Part shown: positions 7,362-17,933 of the stretch, piece after piece
Layout: each line of letters starts with the position of its first letter
Position numbering within the stretch: position 1 is the stretch's first letter
Assembly: GCA_965222375.1 (NCBI GenBank)
Contig: CBDCTZ010000015.1
Coordinates: forward strand, 960,001 to 1,024,000
Source: Polyangiaceae bacterium
Lineage (GTDB): Bacteria; Myxococcota_A; Polyangia; Polyangiales; Polyangiaceae
Reading direction: 5' to 3'
Length of the DNA: 64,000 nt
The notes under the pieces: generated by a model
Databases searched by the model: none
Seen by the model: only the letters and a program-made list of their open reading frames with translations
What the model was told of the DNA's origin: nothing
Translations under genes and position numbers: made by a program

Positions 7362-10235
7362 TCATTCGACCCAGTCGACTTCCTGTTCCGGCATCGTCCG
7401 GAACTTCGTATCGATCTCGTCCATCAGCTCTGCAAACCAGGTCTCTATCTTCGGACCGTTCTTGCGCACGCTGTTGGTGTAAAACGTTCCGCGAATGCAC
7501 TCGGCCTCTTCCTTCCCGGGGCGGCAGCGGCCATCCACGTAGACCATGATGGCCTTGGGAAGTCGCGTTGCCCGAGAGTCACCACCGAAGTTCATCCAGT
7601 TGGCGAGGAAGATGATCGCCGCCTTGAGATCTTCTGGCGTCTGACCATAGCCGTGAAGCAGGTAGATGACTGGGTACTTCTTGTCTTTGGCTCCGACGTG
7701 AGCGTAGCCAGGTGGAAGCGTCACGCTGACGGGCCCCTTGCGCCCAAGGGAGTCCGTGAATTCGAAATCGCAGGCACCGATGACTTCACAGTCGGGCGCA
7801 CCGGGCGCCGGCTCGATAGCGCCTGCCTCGTCGAAGGTGCGTGGCGCGTCGGGCCAACGTGAACCGATGTAGTACAGCGCGGCCTGTAGGCGGCGTGCGA
7901 TTTCCGTCGCAGTACCCACGTGCTGCCCGGAGCCCTGCTCCACATCCGCAGCGCTTGGGTCATTCTTGCCATAGCGATACATGACGCCGCCGGGGATGTC
8001 CGCCCAGTCGTTCAGCCCCGCGACGAAGCTCACCGGATCGCTCGGGTCCTGGCCCGGGATGTGCTGCGTCTCATGGTAGTAGTGCACAATCCGACCGCGC
8101 GCGGACCACGCGCCCGCGAGGGCCTGCGCGTCCACGGCGAAGTTGAAGAGGTCCCGGGTGCCGCCGTCGGTCCACATGTCGAGGCGGTGAAAAGCGGCGT
8201 CGTCCATGGGCTTTTCGTGGGTGCCCCAGGGGTGCTGCTCGATCACGGTGCGAGAGTCCCGCTCCAGGAACTTGCGATAGCCCGGCGCATAGTCGAACTT
8301 GCCGTTGCCCTCGCCAAAGTCGTAGGGGCTGGAAGCGGTCTTGTCCACGCCATCGAGACCGAAATCCTTGTAAGGCTCGCCCTCGTCCCAGCGCAGATTG
8401 CCTTCGGTGCCAAGCGGGTTGTACTGGGGGTGCCAATCGTCCCCGGCAGGGTCGTCGTTCACCCCAGCTTCGTAGCCAGGCTCTTGGGCGGAGGGCTTTC
8501 CGTCCTTGCCAAAGTCGTCGTAGGGCTCGTGGCCCTGACGAATGATGGGCTCGTTCAAGTCGCGGACACCGTTGTTGTTGTAGTCGACGGCGAGGGCCAG
8601 CTCCAAGGGCTTGTCGTTGCCGCTGTCCTTCCAGGTGTTGGCGTAGGGCGAGAGAGTCTTGTCCTGGGGTGAGCCGTCACACACGGTGATCACCGGGAAC
8701 GTACCCAAGGGATTGAATTCGTCATCGTAGTAGTTGGTGAGCACCTTGGTGTACTTGCAGCGCTCAGGCGCGCAGGTGCTAGCGAGTTCTTTCTGCTTCT
8801 CTTCGGTGGGGTGCCCGTCGATGGGGTCGACCCAGACTGCACAGTCGCGATTGCTGCGATCACCGACGATGGTCTGGTCGTCCGGGTCGATGCCAGCCGG
8901 AAGATTCTCCGCCCCTGGCGTGGGGTTGTAGCTATTCGGGTTGCCGAACATGAGAGCCAGATCTCGGAAGATCTGTACGTATTCGGCGCGATCGAAGCTG
9001 CCGCCGTTGCCAGTCTTCGGGAACTCGTACCACCACTCGTTGAAGGTCTGAGTGTGCTCGTAGGGCAGCGTCGGCTCGGGCCGCGGCAGCAACGCGCCCG
9101 GCGTCACACCATCGCTCTTTCCGAAGCCTCCGAGGTGGTTCTTCTCGATATGCCCGAGCAGCCAGGTCCAATCCACCGGCCCACCCAGCGGTGCCAAAAC
9201 ATCGAAACGCTGGTGAAAACGGGTACCGAAGGTCGCAGTCCCGCCGCCCCCCATGGAGATCCCGATCAAGGCACGGTGAGTCAGCCTGCGCTTGCGGCTG
9301 ACGGTTCCGCCGTCGGTCTGAACCACGGCTTGGTAGGTTCCGAGCCATGGCGCACGGAACTCAAGCGCCCAACCGTTGCTGCCTTTCACCATTCGTGGGT
9401 TGGTGATCGGAATGGTGCGCGGCTCTTTGGCAGATGGGCCCGTGTAAGAAACCGTCACGTGTCGCAATCGCGCCGCGTCAGGCATCCTGGCCGGGTTGAC
9501 CGGTATCGAGAACGGGATCTCGCGCTGCAGCTTGGTAGCGGCAGGACCAAACGTGACGGCTGGTCCCAGAGACGTGAAACCATCGGGCAGCTGATCGGGA
9601 GCACAGGTCAGCGTTACGTCAATAGGATCGACGTGCCACAAGAAGCTTCCTTCGTTCGCCGCCTTGGCTTGCTTGGGCAGACTGATGGACGCGGCCGCTA
9701 TCGCGCCACTACCAGCGATTGTGCTGCCATCGCCGAGCGTCCCGGAGCCGCTACCCGAACACGTCGGCAAGTCAGGACTCATGACTTCGACGCTGATCTT
9801 CTTTTCGGTCGTGGTTCCATCGCCAGTGGGGAACGCCGCCGTGATCGTAGCAGTGCCTGCTTTCTTGCCGGTCAGCTTGACGGTAACGCGGGCCCGTTCG
9901 AGATCGAGGCGCTCCGCGGCTGGCGGATCGACGACGGAGTCGTCGTCGCTCGTAAATGTGAGCTCTTCGGGCACGCACACATCGGGAACGACGAGCACGT
10001 CGACTTCCCGTGACTTGTCTGGCGCGACAACGACTCGGTCTGGCAGAGCGTGAACCGCCACGAAGTCCGGCTCTGGCGGGTAGAGGCACAGCTCGCCTGG
10101 CCCGGGGACTGGAAAGCTCCCGGAATCTGGGCCAGGTTGGCCGCCATTGCCTTCCTCGCCGTCGCCGCAACTCGCCGCCAAGGCCAGCGCAAATGGGGCC
10201 AGGGGTAGCCAAATCCAGGTTTTGCGAGCACTCAC
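7362..10235 (-). CDS. Large lipoprotein with circularly permuted alpha/beta-hydrolase (esterase) domain
   Basis: Lipobox LAASC; internal RALIGISMGGGG nucleophile elbow; C-terminal VTLPPGY...YPVIYLLHGYG. Confidence 0.7.
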   Translation of the reverse strand: MSARKTWIWLPLAPFALALAASCGDGEEGNGGQPGPDSGSFPVPGPGELCLYPPEPDFVAVHALPDRVVVAPDKSREVDVLVVPDVCVPEELTFTSDDDSVVDPPAAERLDLERARVTVKLTGKKAGTATITAAFPTGDGTTTEKKISVEVMSPDLPTCSGSGSGTLGDGSTIAGSGAIAAASISLPKQAKAANEGSFLWHVDPIDVTLTCAPDQLPDGFTSLGPAVTFGPAATKLQREIPFSIPVNPARMPDAARLRHVTVSYTGPSAKEPRTIPITNPRMVKGSNGWALEFRAPWLGTYQAVVQTDGGTVSRKRRLTHRALIGISMGGGGTATFGTRFHQRFDVLAPLGGPVDWTWLLGHIEKNHLGGFGKSDGVTPGALLPRPEPTLPYEHTQTFNEWWYEFPKTGNGGSFDRAEYVQIFRDLALMFGNPNSYNPTPGAENLPAGIDPDDQTIVGDRSNRDCAVWVDPIDGHPTEEKQKELASTCAPERCKYTKVLTNYYDDEFNPLGTFPVITVCDGSPQDKTLSPYANTWKDSGNDKPLELALAVDYNNNGVRDLNEPIIRQGHEPYDDFGKDGKPSAQEPGYEAGVNDDPAGDDWHPQYNPLGTEGNLRWDEGEPYKDFGLDGVDKTASSPYDFGEGNGKFDYAPGYRKFLERDSRTVIEQHPWGTHEKPMDDAAFHRLDMWTDGGTRDLFNFAVDAQALAGAWSARGRIVHYYHETQHIPGQDPSDPVSFVAGLNDWADIPGGVMYRYGKNDPSAADVEQGSGQHVGTATEIARRLQAALYYIGSRWPDAPRTFDEAGAIEPAPGAPDCEVIGACDFEFTDSLGRKGPVSVTLPPGYAHVGAKDKKYPVIYLLHGYGQTPEDLKAAIIFLANWMNFGGDSRATRLPKAIMVYVDGRCRPGKEEAECIRGTFYTNSVRKNGPKIETWFAELMDEIDTKFRTMPEQEVDWVE

Positions 10236-10390
10236 TAGTCAGCCTCCGCCCTCGGTGGGGATTGTGGAGGGGCATGGTAGCGGCCTTTCCCCTCTCGCGC
10301 CCAAGGGACAGGGGAGACTCACAAAAAAAGTGTCCGCGCAGAGGGGCCGGGGGGGGGACAGCCTCGCTCCACGCGGACACTTTTTCAGGT

Positions 10391-10406
10391 AGCAGCGCAC
10401 GTGCCA
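10391..10406 (-). promoter_or_regulatory. Putative sigma54 promoter
   Basis: TGGCACGTGCGCTGCT (GG-N10-GC) about 155 nt upstream of the esterase gene. Confidence 0.45.
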
Positions 10407-10592
10407 AATTGCAAATAGCTGAATTCGCAAAACAAACAGCCACGTGGCGGCGTTTTCACGCCGCTCATCGTGCACATCACGACATCCGCGTTTCAAATTT
10501 GAAATGCGGACAGCCCCAACGCGCTCGGAGGTCCCCGAAGCTTCGTGAGCCGCGGTTGCCGCCGTCGCGTAGTCCCGGCCAGGAAGAATGGT

Positions 10593-13500
10593 TCAGGGGC
10601 GGCATTGAAATGCCCATCGACGGCCGGTGCGCTGACGGTCCCCGAGGGTGAGGCGCACCAGAGGACGGCCCGACGCCAACGCCGTTAAATCGGCTTTGGC
10701 CAACCGCGCAGGTACGTCCTTTTCAGCCCGAGCACTGAGGCCTTCGAGGCAGAGCCCGCTGACGCTCGCGAGCAGCTTCGCACGCACGTTGCGCGCGCGG
10801 ACCGAGTTCGCACTACCCACGAAGTCCAAGTAGGGACTGACCGGCGGCTCGACGACAATCTCGTAGCCGTCGTCCCCGGGGCGGCACGGCCCGGGGGCTT
10901 TCGCCAAGTGTCGAGGCGTGAGCTCCAAAGGAGGGCCCGCTTCTCCGGTGTCCGTGCCGAGCGGGTACACATACCAACGCGTGGCCAGCCCTCGGGTGCG
11001 CCTGGCGCGCACTAGGATCCCAAGCGCGTCACCCCTTGCGGTGCGAACGAGCGAAGTCACTACGTTGCCTCGAGAGCGCGGTCCGTGACGGAGCGCATAG
11101 GCGCGCACGCTAACAAGCTTGTTGCCAACGACGCGAAACACGCGGAACGAGTTGTGGCCTTGCGCGCCCGCGACATACCAGGTGCTCCCCGCCTTGACAA
11201 CACTGTTGAGTTGGTACAACCCCGCCCGGGAAACATCGGGAACCGAGATGACTGCCCGGCCCGCTTCGAGCAAGTACAGATCCATCGTGCCCCGGGCATT
11301 GACGAGTACGCCCCCGGCACGGCCGGAGCTTTCCAAAGCGCCAGTCCAAGACACGGGAGCGTTAGGGTCACGACCGAAGGCCTGTGCAGCCGCCACCGCA
11401 TCTCCGAAAGGTGGACGCGAGACCGCGGTGGACCAGACCGCACCCCCGACGCTCATGACGTCGAAGCCGCGAAACTGCCACGAACCGACCCGATCCCAAC
11501 GGGCGCCCCGAGCGCCCCAGGCGTAGGCACGCAATGGCGCCATCGTTCGCTCCAAACCGTGCTCCACCCCAAGGGCGTCGCGACCCCGCTTGGGCGGCGC
11601 AACCCCGAAAAAGCCCAACCACGGTGTGGACTCCAAGTCGTTAGTGGTCAACGTCCGGGGGTTCCGCCAGTTGCGCCGACGCCGACGGGGAGGCTGGGGC
11701 GCGGGCTTCCCGGCAACGGGCCCAGCAACTGCCCCGGTAGGGGCGCATTCCAGCTGCCAGCGACCACCTCGGCTCGATGGCAAGGTCGTCGACCGCGGAG
11801 TGTCCGCTGCCTCGAGCTGTTCATCTTCAGAGTCACCGCGATAACCAACCCGAAGCCATGCCCCAAAAGCGCAGCCGGCGCGCGTACAGCCCTGCTCGCG
11901 GGCGTCGAAAGCTAGCAGCTTCGTGCTCTTCTTTCGCGGCGTCGCAGGAAGCTCGACTTCGCGCCAGGTGAATCCGCCGTTCGTGCTCTCCGCGCCACGA
12001 CCGCCCCGCCCTTTCACCAATGCCAGGGGTCCGGAAAGCAAAGATTGCCCGATGTCGTTTTCGATCTTCCCGACGCGGAGTTTGCCGTCCAGGTCGATTC
12101 GAACCCCCACGAAAGGCCCAGCCGCGACGACCCAACCTGCCAAGAAGGTTTTTGATGGTTTGCCCTTCTTCTTGGGGCTCCGCCATTCGGTGAAGCCATC
12201 GAGCCACAGGCCCTTCTTGAGAAGCGCCAGGGCCGACGCCTCCGCCTTGGGCAACTTCAGCTTCACGCTTTTGGAGGAACCACTCGTGCTGACAATCGTG
12301 ACCAGGCCCGACGCGCCCAGGCGAGGGGGGACGATCACGGCCACGCGGCCATCCCGGAGCGCCACGACCCGCTCGACGCCAACGTCACCTTTGACCCGGA
12401 TTTCACGGCGGCGCAATTTGCGGTCGATCACACAGTAGCCACCTTCCGACGGATCGGCCTCGGCGGCGCAGGGCCCTCGAACCACGAGTGCCCCGTTATC
12501 GCTGGAGGACACGAAACGCGGCTGGGCGAAGCTGGCAACCTGCTGCAGCTTCAGCTCGCGGTTCGCGGTGTAGATCGAGGTGCGCCCACGTTCTTGTCCG
12601 CAAACGAAACCGATCCCCGAGCCCAAGGGCACGCCCTGACACGTTGTGGCATCCGAAAGGGCGTCCTTCTTCACGTCGACAACTGCACCGTCCCGAAGCC
12701 GGACGCGACCAAGGGCTCCCTCATATAGAACCATCGCGGTGCCTTTGGTGTCCGGGATCCCTCGCAAAACTGCGGTGTGCAGAGGACGACGGCCCAAGGG
12801 AGATGGGCTGATGGCGGGAGGGTCGTCTTCCTTCTTTTTGGACGCGAGCTGCAGACCGCCGGGGACTGCATCTGCGAACATCGAGTCAGAGCGGGCCGCC
12901 TGATCGATAGCAAGCGTTCCATCCGAGAGTAATTGCAGTGTGCCCTTGCTCGTCTTGAGGAGCAGCTTGCCTTTGTCCAGGCTGACGCCGTAGCTGGGGA
13001 AGATGGGCACACTGCGCCAACTCGCACCGGCATCGAAGGTTGCCAGGATGCCTTGAAAGGGAACCTCGACGGCACCAACCCACGCGTCGAGCATGGCAAT
13101 GCTTCCGTAGGACGCTGCGGGAGGCAGCGAGCCAAGGTCTACGGCCTTCCCGCTCTCTGGGTCGAGAGCAATCACGTCGATGGATCGCCGCGCAGATAGG
13201 TAGATGCGATCGAAACCAGCGACCACCTTCGAAACGTCCATGTCGACGTTTGCGAAGGGCTTCAGCTCCCCCGTCCAAGTCTTGGAGCGCCAAAACAGGG
13301 TCGAACCAGAACCGCCGGAGTGAAAGAGAAAGCCGCCACCCAGACGCGCGGGCAGCTCGGTTGCCTGCACCCGCCGACGGTTTGGAAAGACCTGGCGGCC
13401 TCGCTGCAGGGTCCCGTCAAAGCGATCCACGACCCGCATGCCGGCGACGACCATGCGTTTGGAACTGTCGGGCTGTTTGCTGACGAAGGTCGGTTTGGTC

Positions 13501-13667
13501 AGTTCCGGCAGGACGAATACCTGCGCCGGTGTGACGTACGACATCTTCGCCTTGGCTTTCGCTTTGGTGCCGCCACTGCCCGTCGCCACACGAGCGTCGC
13601 CGCTCCGACCACCACAGCCGGCAAAAACGGCACAGATCACCAGCATTGGCAGGTGGCGGCGTGGCAT
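10593..13667 (-). CDS. Large hypothetical myxobacterial lipoprotein (beta-propeller/Asp-box-like)
   Basis: About 1020 aa; lipobox VFAGC; TFDAGASW and STNGGFTW Asp-box motifs; GCTRAGCAFGAWLRVGY. Confidence 0.65.
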   Translation of the reverse strand: MPRRHLPMLVICAVFAGCGGRSGDARVATGSGGTKAKAKAKMSYVTPAQVFVLPELTKPTFVSKQPDSSKRMVVAGMRVVDRFDGTLQRGRQVFPNRRRVQATELPARLGGGFLFHSGGSGSTLFWRSKTWTGELKPFANVDMDVSKVVAGFDRIYLSARRSIDVIALDPESGKAVDLGSLPPAASYGSIAMLDAWVGAVEVPFQGILATFDAGASWRSVPIFPSYGVSLDKGKLLLKTSKGTLQLLSDGTLAIDQAARSDSMFADAVPGGLQLASKKKEDDPPAISPSPLGRRPLHTAVLRGIPDTKGTAMVLYEGALGRVRLRDGAVVDVKKDALSDATTCQGVPLGSGIGFVCGQERGRTSIYTANRELKLQQVASFAQPRFVSSSDNGALVVRGPCAAEADPSEGGYCVIDRKLRRREIRVKGDVGVERVVALRDGRVAVIVPPRLGASGLVTIVSTSGSSKSVKLKLPKAEASALALLKKGLWLDGFTEWRSPKKKGKPSKTFLAGWVVAAGPFVGVRIDLDGKLRVGKIENDIGQSLLSGPLALVKGRGGRGAESTNGGFTWREVELPATPRKKSTKLLAFDAREQGCTRAGCAFGAWLRVGYRGDSEDEQLEAADTPRSTTLPSSRGGRWQLECAPTGAVAGPVAGKPAPQPPRRRRRNWRNPRTLTTNDLESTPWLGFFGVAPPKRGRDALGVEHGLERTMAPLRAYAWGARGARWDRVGSWQFRGFDVMSVGGAVWSTAVSRPPFGDAVAAAQAFGRDPNAPVSWTGALESSGRAGGVLVNARGTMDLYLLEAGRAVISVPDVSRAGLYQLNSVVKAGSTWYVAGAQGHNSFRVFRVVGNKLVSVRAYALRHGPRSRGNVVTSLVRTARGDALGILVRARRTRGLATRWYVYPLGTDTGEAGPPLELTPRHLAKAPGPCRPGDDGYEIVVEPPVSPYLDFVGSANSVRARNVRAKLLASVSGLCLEGLSARAEKDVPARLAKADLTALASGRPLVRLTLGDRQRTGRRWAFQCRP

Positions 13668-13793
13668 GGTTTGAGCGTAGCGCGATTCTCCACGAGTCAC
13701 GCCGGCAAACTTGCGCACCCGGGCGGACGCGCCTAGCGTTCCCGGCGTTTGAGGGCCCCGCCGAACTGGCGCGGGGCGCAGAGGAGTCGAGTC

Positions 13794-14789
13794 ATGAGCA
13801 AAGTCGTTGCTGTCGTGGGCGCCACCGGGGCGGTCGGGCGAGAGATGTTGAGAACACTGGAGCGGCGAGCCTTCCCCGCAAGAAAGGTGGTGGCTTTGGC
13901 GTCCTCCCGGTCAGCGGGGCAAAAGCTACCCTTCGCCGGTGGACAGCTCGAAGTCCAGACCCTGGCTCCGGACAGTTTCGGAGGTATCGAGATCGCTCTG
14001 TTCAGCTGTGGCGGGAGCGTGTCTCGTGAGTACTCGCCCATCGCCGCCAAGGCCGGCGCTACGGTCATCGACAACTCAAGCGCCTGGCGCATGGATGCCG
14101 AGGTCCCGCTGGTGGTGCCAGAGGTCAACCCAGGAGCCGCAGCGCAACGACCCAAGGGAATCATCGCCAACCCCAACTGCAGCACCATCCAACTCGTGGT
14201 GGCGCTGAAACCCCTGCACCAGGCCGCACGCCTCAAGCACGTGGTTGTGTCGACCTATCAAGCCACGAGCGGCAAGGGCCACGCCGCCGTCGAGGAGTTG
14301 AGCACTCAGATTGCGGACCTAGCTGCCGGACGCACGCCGAAGGCCTCTGTGTTCCCGGCGCAGATGGCGGCCAACCTACAATCCGATTGGAAGCCTGGTG
14401 AGCACGGTTACTCGGACGAGGAACTGAAACTGGTCAACGAAACTAGGAAGATCCTGGGCGATGAGACCATCGCCGTGACGCCAACGTGCGTGCGGGTTCC
14501 TGTGGTTACCGGCCACAGCGAGGCCGTGCACCTACAATTCCACCGGGCCATGACCGCCAAAGAGGCGTGCGACCTCCTGCGTGACGCCCCAGGGATCTCG
14601 CTGGTCGAGGGTGACTATGCGCCGGCCGCAGAACCGCAGCCCCTTGCCGCGGCAGATACGGACCCGGTGTACGTCGGGCGAGTGCGCGACGACTTGGGAG
14701 TCAAGGGCGCAATCAACTTGTGGGTCGTCGCCGACAACCTGCGCAAGGGCGCCGCCCTCAACGCCGTGCAGATCGCGGAGCTACTCTGA
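13794..14789 (+). CDS. asd: Aspartate-semialdehyde dehydrogenase
   Basis: VVGATGAVG, IDNSSAWRM, IANPNCST, DNLRKGAALN; GAGGAG RBS. Confidence 0.96.
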   Translation: MSKVVAVVGATGAVGREMLRTLERRAFPARKVVALASSRSAGQKLPFAGGQLEVQTLAPDSFGGIEIALFSCGGSVSREYSPIAAKAGATVIDNSSAWRMDAEVPLVVPEVNPGAAAQRPKGIIANPNCSTIQLVVALKPLHQAARLKHVVVSTYQATSGKGHAAVEELSTQIADLAAGRTPKASVFPAQMAANLQSDWKPGEHGYSDEELKLVNETRKILGDETIAVTPTCVRVPVVTGHSEAVHLQFHRAMTAKEACDLLRDAPGISLVEGDYAPAAEPQPLAAADTDPVYVGRVRDDLGVKGAINLWVVADNLRKGAALNAVQIAELL

Positions 14790-15781
14790 TGACAGCCAGT
14801 AAGCGACCGGTTTCTCCGGGGGCCGAGGAAATCCTCGGCGCGTACTTTCCGGTGCTGGATCACGGCTTCGTTGCCCTGGTGGACTACATGGGCACCGACG
14901 AGTGCATCGAACGCGCGGCCCGGGTCAGCTACGGCTACGGCACGCGCAAAGCAAGCTTGACCCGGGGGCTATTGCGCTACTTGCGCAGGCATTTGCACAC
15001 GACCCCCTCGGAGATGGTCGAGCTGAAGTTTCATTGCTGTATGCCGATGTTCGTCGCACGGCAGTGGATCCGTCACCGCACGGCCAACGTCAATGAATAC
15101 AGCGGTCGCTACTCCTTGATGCCGCTGCTTTTCTACACTCCCAAGTCTGGTCAGTTGCAGACTCAGAGCCGCAAGAACAACCAGGGGCGCAGTGGAAGCC
15201 CCGTGAGCGACGCCGACTACCAAAAGGCTATCTCTCGTTGGAACGAAATCCGAAAGCTCAGCGCAAGCACCTACGAGTGGATGACCAGCGAGGACTTTGC
15301 CCGAGAGCTTGCTCGCATCGACTTGCCCCTGTCCACCTACACTCAGTGGTACTGGAAGATCGATCTACACAACTTGATGCATTTCTTGAAACTGCGCGTG
15401 GACCGTCACGCCCAGTGGGAGATCCAGGAATACGGTCGATTGATGGCGGCCATGCTCAAGCGTGTGGCGCCACATTCCTACGAAGCTTGGATCGACTACG
15501 ATGTTTGCGGGCACCGCATGAGCCGTATGGAGCTCGACGCCGTGCGCCAGCTCGTCAGCGCGGAGGATGGCGCACTCAAGAGCAGCGCTGGGTCCCTCGG
15601 CCCAGAGCAGCTCGAGAAGGTCGGGCTCAGCAAGCGGGAAGTGGCAGAGCTGGTTGCGAAACTGATGCCCAGCGCCGTGCCCGACTTCGAGTTGGATCTC
15701 TCGACGGCCAAGACCGGCGAATTCTTCGCCGAAAAGTGCAACTCTGCGGTACCCAAAGCGGACCGCCCTCCTCCGGCCTGA
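14789..15781 (+). CDS. thyX: FAD-dependent thymidylate synthase
   Basis: RAARVSYG, RHRTANVNEYSGRY signature, HAQWEI; TGATG overlap with asd. Confidence 0.95.
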   Translation: MTASKRPVSPGAEEILGAYFPVLDHGFVALVDYMGTDECIERAARVSYGYGTRKASLTRGLLRYLRRHLHTTPSEMVELKFHCCMPMFVARQWIRHRTANVNEYSGRYSLMPLLFYTPKSGQLQTQSRKNNQGRSGSPVSDADYQKAISRWNEIRKLSASTYEWMTSEDFARELARIDLPLSTYTQWYWKIDLHNLMHFLKLRVDRHAQWEIQEYGRLMAAMLKRVAPHSYEAWIDYDVCGHRMSRMELDAVRQLVSAEDGALKSSAGSLGPEQLEKVGLSKREVAELVAKLMPSAVPDFELDLSTAKTGEFFAEKCNSAVPKADRPPPA

Positions 15782-15843
15782 AACGACAAAAAGGCGCCCG
15801 CCGCCTCACGCCAGATGCGACTTTGTCGGGGATGGGGTGCGCT

Positions 15844-16251
15844 CTAGAAGCGGGCGGCCAGGTGAAAACCGTATTTGGAGCCATCCACCCGGGGGCGAAG
15901 TACGATGGCGGATCGGCTTTGGCCGGCCAAAGCACTGGACGTCGGCAGCAAACGCACCGCCACCGTTCCGCTGCCTGGAAGTTCGAGGTCCCGCGTGATG
16001 ACGAGCTTTCCCAGAACCGAGCGATAGGCACAGCCCGCACTGGTACAGGTCCGACGCACCGTCGACTTCTTGGGAGCTTGATCAGCCTGGGCGGGGGCCG
16101 CCTTGTTCGCAGCAGGCAGCGCTAACCCAGGAGGCAGGCTCGTCTCCGACGCGTTCAGGCTGAACCCCGTCGTCGCTGGAGTGTCCTCGGCCCACGCGGC
16201 ACCGCTTGCGGTGAGCGCGGTAAGAGCAACGGCGAGACGAACGAGAGTCAT
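15844..16251 (-). CDS. Hypothetical exported protein
   Basis: Signal peptide ending AWA; C-terminal Phe (YGFHLAARF). Confidence 0.55.
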   Translation of the reverse strand: MTLVRLAVALTALTASGAAWAEDTPATTGFSLNASETSLPPGLALPAANKAAPAQADQAPKKSTVRRTCTSAGCAYRSVLGKLVITRDLELPGSGTVAVRLLPTSSALAGQSRSAIVLRPRVDGSKYGFHLAARF

Positions 16252-16441
16252 GGCTAAGTTGATACTGCCGCACGCCTACTGCACCCTCAAGGCATAAACC
16301 CGTGAAATTACTATAATTGTAGTTGCGGCGCGCACCCGCGCGCACATGTGCGCACTCAAATGGCAGCGCGAGTTTCCTTGCTGCCTGGATGATTCCAATT
16401 GGGCGGGATCCCCCGTGGCGCCACTGCCGCAGTGCGTCGAG

Positions 16442-17887
16442 CTACGCCGGCTGCGACAGTCCCCGGGAGGCGATGTCCTGGGTGAGCGCGTCGGGCAGGC
16501 GACCGGTCTCTTGGAAAGCGCGCATGTGCAGGATGGGCTCTCCGCCCATAGTTGCGATGGAACGCCCCTTCACTAAAGCCGTGTACTTGCGAGGTAGGAA
16601 GCTCTCGAGCGCCAACGGCTGCTCGCGATTCAAGCGCTGCAGCAGGGCAAAGGTGGCATCGAGACTGTTCATCTTCATGTAGGGACAGGTTGCGCAGCCT
16701 CCCTCAGTCGAGCACCCCTCGCCGCCGGCCACACCGGGTACCACCTGCAGCTCGTGCCCTGGAGCCGGGGCGATGGCCTCACTGGCCACCGGGAAGACGA
16801 TCTCCACTGCCAGCTTCGAATCGCCAGCTGCAACGAGTCGACGCCGAACCCTATCCACAATCGACGTGATCATTCCCGACTCGGTCCCGAGCACAAAACT
16901 CAAGTGCTCTGAGGACTTCGCCCGCAGCGCTTCGTCCACTCGCCCATCGATGTACTTCAAAATGTCGCTGGTCGAGCCAACCACGCCGCGCCCACTTCGT
17001 CCCGCCTGCAGCGCGACTCGAAACATTTCGCCCGGCACCTCGAGGTGGGCCGTGACGTGAGCGTGGCCGTAGTCCTTTTGGACTCGTTCAGCAACGTCCT
17101 GCCCGAACATGTGATGCACGACGCAGGTACCCTGCCGGAAGAAGTGAAAGCGCTCCAGGGCGGCGGCTACGCTCTTCTGATCGTGATCCGGATGCACCGC
17201 GCGCACGGCGTCGTCGCCTAGCTCACTCAAAGACTGAAACAAGTCGTGCAGGTTCTGCCCCATATAACTGTCCGGGCCAAACCACACATTCAGATCCGGG
17301 ATCTGCGCAAAACCCTGCAGCACGGTCTTCACGACATTGCTGGAGGTGCAGGTGATCGTCGGGACCAAGGCGTGAGCGTGAGCCTTCGTTGACAGGCTGG
17401 TGTTGATGTACACGACGTGTAGCGACGGGGACACCTGCGAGGCCTTCGTCAAGTAGGCCGCGTAGGCATCCGACTCTGCGGACTCCGCCAAGGAGCAACC
17501 AATGGGTTCGTCGGCAACGCGATACACGGGGACGCGGTCGTGCCCGGCGGCATCGAGCATGGCGCGCACATTTTCGCTCATGAAGTCCACACCAAGCACC
17601 AACACGACCTCAGCGCCTGCCTGCACCATTTCGATGGCACTGTCCGCCATGGCCAGGGAGTCCGAAATGGCGATGTGCGGATGGGAAGCGCGAGTCAATA
17701 CACCTTGCAGCTCCGGGTCCATGTAGAAGTGCGCGACCACCCCGGCCTTGTTGGCGGCAAGCGCGTCGGACAAGCGCTCCACTTCCGCAGCGTCAGGGTC
17801 GAGAAAGGCGGCCTGTGCTTCGGCAAAGGAGCCCTGAGCCTCGAAACGGTCCGCGTGAATGACGAGAGAGGGAAACGAGCTAGCCAC
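16442..17887 (-). CDS. nadA: Quinolinate synthase (long, plant-like NadA)
   Basis: AHFYMDPE, SDSL, GVDFMSENV, GCSLAES, YINTS, TCTSSN, CVVHH, AHLE, CPYMKMN; start codon uncertain (GTG 17887). Confidence 0.88.
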   Translation of the reverse strand: MASSFPSLVIHADRFEAQGSFAEAQAAFLDPDAAEVERLSDALAANKAGVVAHFYMDPELQGVLTRASHPHIAISDSLAMADSAIEMVQAGAEVVLVLGVDFMSENVRAMLDAAGHDRVPVYRVADEPIGCSLAESAESDAYAAYLTKASQVSPSLHVVYINTSLSTKAHAHALVPTITCTSSNVVKTVLQGFAQIPDLNVWFGPDSYMGQNLHDLFQSLSELGDDAVRAVHPDHDQKSVAAALERFHFFRQGTCVVHHMFGQDVAERVQKDYGHAHVTAHLEVPGEMFRVALQAGRSGRGVVGSTSDILKYIDGRVDEALRAKSSEHLSFVLGTESGMITSIVDRVRRRLVAAGDSKLAVEIVFPVASEAIAPAPGHELQVVPGVAGGEGCSTEGGCATCPYMKMNSLDATFALLQRLNREQPLALESFLPRKYTALVKGRSIATMGGEPILHMRAFQETGRLPDALTQDIASRGLSQPA

Positions 17888-17933
17888 GCCTAGGTCATAG
17901 GACCAATCGCCGCGCCTTTCCAGGTGCCCTGCC

